DNA of 64,000 nucleotides, taken from the NCBI GenBank assembly GCA_963718615.1, contig OY970368.1, positions 736,001 to 800,000 on the forward strand. Direction: 5' to 3'. A model generated the notes under the pieces. The model did not search any database, was not told where the DNA came from, and was given only the letters and a program-made list of their open reading frames with translations. A program made the position numbers and the translations under genes. This DNA is from an uncultured cyanobacterium. GTDB lineage: Bacteria; Cyanobacteriota; Cyanobacteriia; PCC-9006; JAAUQQ01. This document shows, in pieces, positions 57,789 to 64,000 of this stretch; position 1 is the stretch's first letter, and each line of letters begins with the position of its first letter.

Positions 57789-59311
57789 TTTGCAGCTCCC
57801 TTGGGGGGTGTTTCAGACAAAACGCTCAAGTTGACGGGATCACCCGCCTTGAGCGGCCCACTACTGCGGGCAATAAAAAACTCGCCGGGATTGAGCCCAG
57901 CCAAAATTTCAACCTGACCATTGGCCTGCTGACCCAGGGTGACGGCACGGGCCTCAACGCGGGGCGATGGGCCTTGCTCCAGCAGCACAAACAGGGTGGC
58001 TTTTCCTTCGGACTGAGCTTGCAGCGCCGTTTCGGGTACAACCACTTGGGCCGTTTCCGGGGAAAACGTTACCCGTGCCAAAAGACCGCTGCCAATCTGG
58101 CCATTGGGGTTGGGAATCGTAATTTCGATGGGTAATAACCGCGCTTGGGGATCGGCGGCGGGCGAAATTCGGCTAATCTGCCCCGCAAAGGTTTGATTGG
58201 GCAACGCATCCAGCGTCACCTGGGTGGACTGCCCCACCTGTAAATTCCCAAGCTCTAGTTCAGACACTTCAACCAAAATTTTGACCTGACTAAAATCCCC
58301 TAATTTAAGAATTTCGCTGCCGGGTTGAACCAAATTTCCCGGTTCCGTAACGCGCTCCAGAACGAGTCCATTAATTGGGGAAAACACCGTGCTGTAGGAG
58401 CGCCGCTCCTGGGCTTGGCCGAGGGCGGCCTGACGAGCGGCCAACTGGCCTTGAGCTGCGGTAATGCTTTGCTGTTCAATTTCAACTTGTGACTGGGCAG
58501 ATTGCACAACCTGCTGGGCAAGTTTGGCCTCGGTTTGGGCCTGGGCAATTTCCTGACTGGCCTGGGCCTGCTGGTCGAGGAGAGTTTGACGGGCTTGGCT
58601 GGCGGTGGTGCGGGCCTGTTCGGCCTGCTGCTGGGGCACCGCGCCTTGGCGGGCTAGGGTTTCTAGACGGGTGGCGTCGCTTGTGGTTTGCTGAACCCGC
58701 AGCCGCGCCTCTTCGATGCGGGCGTTCCAGACATTTTGTAAGCGGGTGATGTTGCCCTGGGCCTGCTGGAGCGACAGGCGCGCCTGCTCAACATCGGTGC
58801 GGGCATTGCCGACGCGGCTGCGGGCTGTCACCACGGCGGACTGCTGCGCGGCCCATTCGGCCTCCGCTTGATTGACAGCCCCTGCGAGCAAATTGTCATC
58901 TAAGCGGGCTAGGGTTTGTCCTTTTTTGACGGGATCGCCAATGTCCACCGGCAGGTCGAGGAGTTGGCCTTCGGCCCTGGCCCGCAGTGAAACTTCCTGC
59001 ACAGGACGGGTGGTGCCGGTGTATTCGATGGGGGGGCGGAGGGTGTCTTGACGGGCGATCGCCACATCCACCGCCATTGGCCCTTCTCTTGACTTTCCCT
59101 TGGTTTTTGGGGTCTGACTGCCTGCCCCTCCAGGCGGGGCCTGCGCTTCTACTTCTCTACCGGGAAGCAGATCACAACTGGTCAGGGTGATGAGCAAAAT
59201 AGCACCAAGCACCCCGCCCCCAATCCGCTGAATTCGCCTAAAAGCGATCCATCCAGATCGCATTTTTCTGGTCCTAACCCACTGTGGGACAGCCTGTGTG
59301 ACAGCGTTCAT
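57785..59311 (-). CDS. RND periplasmic adaptor (membrane fusion protein)
   Basis: LITLTSC lipobox-like site, lipoyl motif GDPVKKGQ.LA.LD, long coiled coil, SPINGLV; ATGA overlap with the permease; start uncertain. Confidence 0.9.
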   Translation of the reverse strand: MNAVTQAVPQWVRTRKMRSGWIAFRRIQRIGGGVLGAILLITLTSCDLLPGREVEAQAPPGGAGSQTPKTKGKSREGPMAVDVAIARQDTLRPPIEYTGTTRPVQEVSLRARAEGQLLDLPVDIGDPVKKGQTLARLDDNLLAGAVNQAEAEWAAQQSAVVTARSRVGNARTDVEQARLSLQQAQGNITRLQNVWNARIEEARLRVQQTTSDATRLETLARQGAVPQQQAEQARTTASQARQTLLDQQAQASQEIAQAQTEAKLAQQVVQSAQSQVEIEQQSITAAQGQLAARQAALGQAQERRSYSTVFSPINGLVLERVTEPGNLVQPGSEILKLGDFSQVKILVEVSELELGNLQVGQSTQVTLDALPNQTFAGQISRISPAADPQARLLPIEITIPNPNGQIGSGLLARVTFSPETAQVVVPETALQAQSEGKATLFVLLEQGPSPRVEARAVTLGQQANGQVEILAGLNPGEFFIARSSGPLKAGDPVNLSVLSETPPKGAAK

Positions 59312-59360
59312 AAGCCGCTCGCGCTTCAAAAAAATATCGAAAAAGGGGCCTAGGCCGTCT

Positions 59361-59397
59361 ATAGTTAGATACACTAACAGTTAGACAAAAAAACTAT
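59361..59397. promoter_or_regulatory. Putative tandem MarR operator
   Basis: GTTAG-N5-CTAAC palindrome followed by a degenerate copy AGTTAG-ACAAA-AAAACT between the divergent marR and RND genes. Confidence 0.55.
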
Positions 59398-59442
59398 TTT
59401 CAGTCAAGTCGATTTGTGGTGAATGGGTGAAATAGGGCGATT

Positions 59443-59880
59443 ATGTCAAAGACCACCGCAGAAGATTGTGCTACTGAGGTGATAGAAGCCATTCCGGTGG
59501 TGATGCAATTTATCCGTGCAGAAATGCGTCGTCAGGGGGCTCAGGTTTTGTCGGTTCCCCAGTTTCGGGCACTGCGTTTTTTTAGTCAGTATTCAGGGGC
59601 TTCCTTGTCAGAGTTGGCGGAGCATCTTGGGGTGACTCGTGCTACGGCTTCTGCGATTGTGGAACGGCTGGTTCGTCGGGCGCTAGTGAATCGCTCAGAG
59701 CATCCCCAGGAACGACGGCGCAACTGGCATACCCTAACGCCCGAAGGGGCTCAATTGCTGCAGGATGCCCGTCGTGCTGCCCGTCAAAGTATGGTAGTGG
59801 CGTTGGGTGAATTGTCTGAATCTCAACTTCAGCAAATTACAGCGGGGGCGCTGCTGCTGAAGGGCGTGTTTAAGGATTGA
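59443..59880 (+). CDS. MarR-family regulator
   Basis: LSVPQFR.L, SLSELAEHLGVTRATAS.IVERLV, ERR...LT.EG. Confidence 0.92.
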   Translation: MSKTTAEDCATEVIEAIPVVMQFIRAEMRRQGAQVLSVPQFRALRFFSQYSGASLSELAEHLGVTRATASAIVERLVRRALVNRSEHPQERRRNWHTLTPEGAQLLQDARRAARQSMVVALGELSESQLQQITAGALLLKGVFKD

Positions 59881-59913
59881 ATAATTGGCTGAAACCGCTA
59901 GATCAAACCGTTT

Positions 59914-60399
59914 TTATTGATATTCAATGGCATGCCGCTGTAAACAAAGCGCCAGGGTTTGGTGCATGGCCTGCCGCTGGAACTCCCGCCATTGTTCCTC
60001 TAGATCATTGTCATCGAGAAAATCCAAAACCCGTTGGGAAACCCGATGATGGTGCTGCAAAATCGCGGTGAATTGCGATCGCACCTCTCCCCCCTCCAGG
60101 GTTTCACAAAATCCCTGCAACAACACCGCCTCATCCCGCACCCCCGGCGAGGGCAATGGCACCCAGTCATCTGATGTTAAAACTTCGCGAATTTCATCAA
60201 TGATTTCAACCTCAATCTCCGGCAGCATATCATCATGGACTTCGCTCAGGATCGTAATCTCTTCCTCTGGGATTGTCTGTAGCCGTCCCGTTGGCTTGTG
60301 CAAATAGACTGTTTCATCGGAGGTGGCAAGGCTTAATTCATCGAGAATGGTTTTGAGTAGAATCGGTTGAGCATTGGACACAGGAAGGGGTTCTTTCAT
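59914..60399 (-). CDS. UPF0158-like protein
   Basis: YL...TG, W..LP, M/L..F.E.L and L..QW..F...A pattern; acidic. Confidence 0.65.
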   Translation of the reverse strand: MKEPLPVSNAQPILLKTILDELSLATSDETVYLHKPTGRLQTIPEEEITILSEVHDDMLPEIEVEIIDEIREVLTSDDWVPLPSPGVRDEAVLLQGFCETLEGGEVRSQFTAILQHHHRVSQRVLDFLDDNDLEEQWREFQRQAMHQTLALCLQRHAIEYQ

Positions 60400-60411
60400 G
60401 GGGATTCGTAA

Positions 60412-62058
60412 TTAAACTAAAGCAGGAGCGGTGAAATGTTCTAACGCAATGGTCAAGTGTTTTTTTAAGGTTTCGTCGGGCAGTGGCCCCTGCAAATGGT
60501 GCCAGGGCAGGACCTGATCCGTAGACCAATCTTGATGGACATAGTAATCCAAATTAGGCAGTTGGCCCCGCAAGTCCTTAAAGGCGCGTTTGTAGCTGCC
60601 GAGGGAATCGCCGTAGTCTCGGACCCGTTCGAGTAGGGGGGCTAGACGGCGATCGCCCCGCGAAATCAACGCCTGAATCACCGACCAGCTATAGCTCTCG
60701 GGCCGAAAGTCAATGCCCTGGGGACGCAATCGTTTTTGCAACTGTTTGAGCCGTTTTTCCGCCTGAGCATCTACCCCCCGCCACTGAAACGGCGTATGGG
60801 CCTTGGGCACGAACGTGCTGCACCCAAACGTCAGTCGCAGCCCTGGTGCAGATTTTTTCAGGCTGATCAGCAAATCCGCCGTTGCGTCTAAATCTTCCGC
60901 CCCTTCTCCCGGTACTCCCGCCATGCCATAGAGCTTGAGTCCACTTAATCCTCCAGCTTTTGCGTTAACCGCCGCCTGACGGATTTCGTCGTTGCTCAGC
61001 TTTTTGTTGACAATCTGGCGCACCCGTTCCGAGCCGCTCTCAATGGCGATCGTCAGGGATTTTGTTCCCCGCTGCGCCAGGGTCCGCGCCAAGGTTTCCG
61101 TCACCGTATTCGTCCGGACCGAGGCAATGCTGAGTCGCACATCCTCGTATTGGGACTGGTTCAAATAGTCGAGTAACGCTTCAAACTCCGGGTGCTGGGT
61201 GACCGAGGCTCCGAGTAAGCCAATGCGGTTGGTGACCTTGAGGCCCTGGGCGATCGCCGGAATCAGCGACTCCTCCAAACTAGCCGTCCGGAAGGGCAAT
61301 GTCAGATAGCTGGCCAAGCAAAACCGACACATCTCTGGACAACTGCGCACCACCTCCACCATAAAAATATTTTCCCAAGCCGCCCGCTCGGTGACGACCG
61401 TTGAAGCAGACAGCCGGTTACCGCGATAGGTTTGTTTGGCAATCTGGGCGGGGATGTCGGGGTCGATGGGGGTGATGGCCGCGATCGCCCCTTCCCCATC
61501 CTCGTAGGTCACGGCATACAAACTGGGTACGTAAATCCCCGGCACCTGGGCCAGACGTTTGAGCTGGGTTTGCCGCTCTTGGTGGCGCACTTCCTGGTAG
61601 GCATCGATAAAAGGATGGAGGACGACTTCCCCATCTCCGACCAGGATGACATCAAAAAACTCGGCAAAGGGTTCTGGGTTGGCGGTAAGGACGGGGCCAC
61701 CGCCGAAGATGAGGGGATAGGGCGTGGAAGACTGGAGGCGATCGCCACTGCGCAGCGGGATTCCCAGAGAGTCCAAAAGCTGAAAAATATTGACATAGTC
61801 CAACTCCCAAGACACCGAAAACCCCAGCAGTTCGGGCTGTGTTGGCAGGGGCTCGTGGAGGTCGGTAAACAATCGAGAGACGTCCAGATCGCTCCGACGG
61901 GCCAGCGTGGCCCAGACGACTTGGTAGCCAAGGCTCGTGATCCCCACGGTGTATTCATTGGGAAAGGCAAAAACCAGCGGCACCGCTCCCGCCTGGGGGG
62001 GGGCGGGCTCAAAGAGCAATCGCTCCTCTGCAAATACCGTTCCAGCAACCGTTGTCAC
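60412..62058 (-). CDS. B12-binding-domain radical SAM protein
   Basis: FPNEY.VGITSLG, GGPV..ANPEP, CPEMCRFC (CxxxCxxC), FVPKAHTPFQ. Confidence 0.92.
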   Translation of the reverse strand: MTTVAGTVFAEERLLFEPAPPQAGAVPLVFAFPNEYTVGITSLGYQVVWATLARRSDLDVSRLFTDLHEPLPTQPELLGFSVSWELDYVNIFQLLDSLGIPLRSGDRLQSSTPYPLIFGGGPVLTANPEPFAEFFDVILVGDGEVVLHPFIDAYQEVRHQERQTQLKRLAQVPGIYVPSLYAVTYEDGEGAIAAITPIDPDIPAQIAKQTYRGNRLSASTVVTERAAWENIFMVEVVRSCPEMCRFCLASYLTLPFRTASLEESLIPAIAQGLKVTNRIGLLGASVTQHPEFEALLDYLNQSQYEDVRLSIASVRTNTVTETLARTLAQRGTKSLTIAIESGSERVRQIVNKKLSNDEIRQAAVNAKAGGLSGLKLYGMAGVPGEGAEDLDATADLLISLKKSAPGLRLTFGCSTFVPKAHTPFQWRGVDAQAEKRLKQLQKRLRPQGIDFRPESYSWSVIQALISRGDRRLAPLLERVRDYGDSLGSYKRAFKDLRGQLPNLDYYVHQDWSTDQVLPWHHLQGPLPDETLKKHLTIALEHFTAPALV

Positions 62059-62232
62059 AGATTCTTTTTTCCTGATCCGACTTCCTCACTGTAAGGGTAA
62101 AGCTGGGCGATCGGGGGGGTGTGCTTTGAGATTTCTGCGATCGTTTGGGGGGGCGGAAACCGGCAATGCATCACTCCACGGGATTTACAATAGCCTAATC
62201 TAAGTACAGCTTGATGGGAGAGCGGGGAAGCC

Positions 62233-62898
62233 ATGGTGACAACAACGGTGAGATCTCAGCCCCCACAGGCTCCAGCGCGGGAGTATGTACTGTTGCGGGG
62301 CATTGCTTGGGAAACCTTTGAGGCGTTAATTCGAGACTTGGAGTCGCAGCCGAGTAAGCGTTTGACCTATGACGATGGAGTATTGGAGATTTGGATGCCA
62401 CAGCCCCCTCACGAGCGCTACAAGAAGTTCATTGCTCGGTTGATTGAAGTGATGACGGAGGAGCTGGAGGTTGAGATCTGTAGCTTGGGGTCTTGTACGT
62501 GGCGGCGTCCGGATTTAGCAAAGGGGGTGGAGGCGGATGAGTGTTATTACGTGCAGAATGAGGGGCTGATTCGAGGACGGATGGAGATTAATTTGGCGTT
62601 TGATCCACCGCCGGATTTGGCGATCGAAATTGACATTACCAGTTTGTCACTGCCTCGCTTGCCGATTTATGGGGCGTTGGGAGTGCCGGAGGTGTGGCGG
62701 TTTGATGGAGAACAGTTGGTGTTTTTGCAATTGGCAGAAGGGGAGTATGGGGAGATGGAGCGATCGCTGGCGCTCCCCCTGATAACTTCGGCGGAGTTGA
62801 TGGATTGGCTGAATCGGGCGCAGGAGATGGGGGAGACGAGTTGGGCGCGATCGCTACGGCGCTGGGTGCAGGAAAAGCTTGAGGAGACTCGGGGTTAA
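62233..62898 (+). CDS. Uma2-family endonuclease
   Basis: W..FE.L, R.TY..G.LEI, EADECYY, PPDLAIEID, GVPEVWR. Confidence 0.92.
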   Translation: MVTTTVRSQPPQAPAREYVLLRGIAWETFEALIRDLESQPSKRLTYDDGVLEIWMPQPPHERYKKFIARLIEVMTEELEVEICSLGSCTWRRPDLAKGVEADECYYVQNEGLIRGRMEINLAFDPPPDLAIEIDITSLSLPRLPIYGALGVPEVWRFDGEQLVFLQLAEGEYGEMERSLALPLITSAELMDWLNRAQEMGETSWARSLRRWVQEKLEETRG

Positions 62899-63004
62899 GG
62901 GTGGGGTTATAGCAACGTCAATGGCTGACCCGACTGCTTTTCGGGAAATACGGCAAAATGAATGAAATTGCCGCCAGCTTGGCCCTCCTTCAAGATTAGT
63001 CTTT

Positions 63005-63715
63005 TTAGCCTTGAGTCCTCAGGGCTTCCACAAACGCCTGATGCTCCGCAGAAGCAACCCCTTGCTGCGCAATCTGCCCAACCTGAGCCATATCCTCTGA
63101 CAGGAGTGCATTCACGAGCAACCACAAACCAGGAAAGACCCGACTCCGAATCACCCCATCTCCATCGGGCAACAACGATACATATTCATCCTCCTCAATG
63201 ACAAACCAATCCAAGCGATTCTCGTACATCTGCCAAACAATGTACTCCTGCACTCCATTGCGTAAATAAGCTGCCTTCTTATCCCCCAAATCATAAGCAG
63301 CACTGCTCGCAGCGATCTCAACGATTAGCTCTGGTGCGCCTTCCAGATAGTCATCCCACGAGACGACAACCTGACCTCCCAAGGCTGGCTCAATAAACAT
63401 GGCACCATCCGGCTGAGGATTGTTGTTGCGGTCCAAGCGGACGGTTGGGTTATCGGCGACCTTCACCCCAGATGTAAACATTCGGTACAACCCTAACCAA
63501 GCCATCAAATCAGCATGGGGCCTGGCATGACTCTCCAATCGTAGGGCAGCGGCCACGTACACAACTCCTTCGATTAGCTCTGCATATTTGATATGGGCTG
63601 AGGCTTCATAACGACGCTCAAACTCTGCGCGGGTGAGGCGATCGCCATTCTCCAGCGGTGGCACCGGCTTCGCAGACTCCCGCTTTTCTTGACTCTGGGT
63701 TGGATTTGCAACCAT
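63005..63715 (-). CDS. Uma2-family endonuclease
   Basis: PPLENGDRLTR.EFERRY, AELIEGVV, QPD, GAPELIVEI, GVQEY.VW, SRVFPGLWL. Confidence 0.93.
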   Translation of the reverse strand: MVANPTQSQEKRESAKPVPPLENGDRLTRAEFERRYEASAHIKYAELIEGVVYVAAALRLESHARPHADLMAWLGLYRMFTSGVKVADNPTVRLDRNNNPQPDGAMFIEPALGGQVVVSWDDYLEGAPELIVEIAASSAAYDLGDKKAAYLRNGVQEYIVWQMYENRLDWFVIEEDEYVSLLPDGDGVIRSRVFPGLWLLVNALLSEDMAQVGQIAQQGVASAEHQAFVEALRTQG

Positions 63716-63776
63716 GACATCCTCACAGCATCGCCACAGCCATTATCGCAAACCCACCAGGCGATCGGGATAGTCC

Positions 63777-64000
63777 TTGACACTCCCCAGCCCTAAAGGG
63801 ACGGGGATTCTTCTTTCATAGACGTGACTTTCCCCAATTGCCCAGAAGCAACTGACAAAGAGGTCTCATCTCCAGAAGCGTTCGGATCTTCGATCCAAGT
63901 TCCCGTATGCCCTACGGTACTTAATCCCACAGAGAGGATATTCAACGCTGCATTGTGGTCTCTGTCTAGTTCGCACCCGCATCGACAAATATGGGTGCGA
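63777..64000 (-). mobile_element. Right end of a second IS200/IS605 element (runs off the window)
   Basis: Minus strand GAAGAATCCCCGTCCCTTTAGGGCTGGGGAGTGTCAA subterminal hairpin ending in TCAA. Confidence 0.85.
63793..64000 (-). CDS. tnpB: TnpB C-terminus (partial)
   Basis: Hand translation RTHICRCGCELDRDHNAALNIL..GLSTVGHTG...MKEESPSL*. Confidence 0.9.
   Translation of the reverse strand, partial: RTHICRCGCELDRDHNAALNILSVGLSTVGHTGTWIEDPNASGDETSLSVASGQLGKVTSMKEESPSL

Noticed and set aside
53341-62203. Many 60-220 aa antisense or alternative-frame ORFs over dxr, the RND genes and the radical SAM gene (and similar ones elsewhere)
   Set aside because: Shadow ORFs of GC-rich coding sequence with no recognisable motifs

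Overview
Cyanobacterial chromosomal window: HIP1 (GCGATCGC) is abundant and Uma2, CHAT and DUF928 families are present. Housekeeping-type genes (hybrid kinase, alpha-amylase, GH3, HAL2-like nucleotidase, ogt, mnmA, dxr, RND pump with MarR, radical SAM) alternate with AT-richer accessory blocks. The main result is a ~20 kb island (14.6-34.5 kb) that looks like a self-contained proteolytic trans-envelope signalling system. It has an operon of sigma-like factor, DUF1822 protein and membrane CHAT(caspase-like)-CHASE2 receptor, plus DUF928, an FG-GAP protein, a CsgG-family protein and a translationally coupled TpsA / secreted TPR-CHAT pair. An identically spaced promoter-like motif, AACsTGTAAA-N17-GATTAA-N4-GTGmAG, lies upstream of the sigma-like gene itself and of the FG-GAP and CsgG genes. 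Other points: integron attC-like sites around a P-loop ATPase next to a GmrSD-like gene and near mazEF, with no integrase in the window; an intact tnpB element inserted after codon 3 of an Rpn gene, whose right end supplies a new in-frame start; an orphan YcaO cyclodehydratase plus azole oxidase with no visible precursor; and an unannotated 46-aa membrane microprotein coupled to mnmA. All family assignments come from motif recognition by eye; no database search was run.
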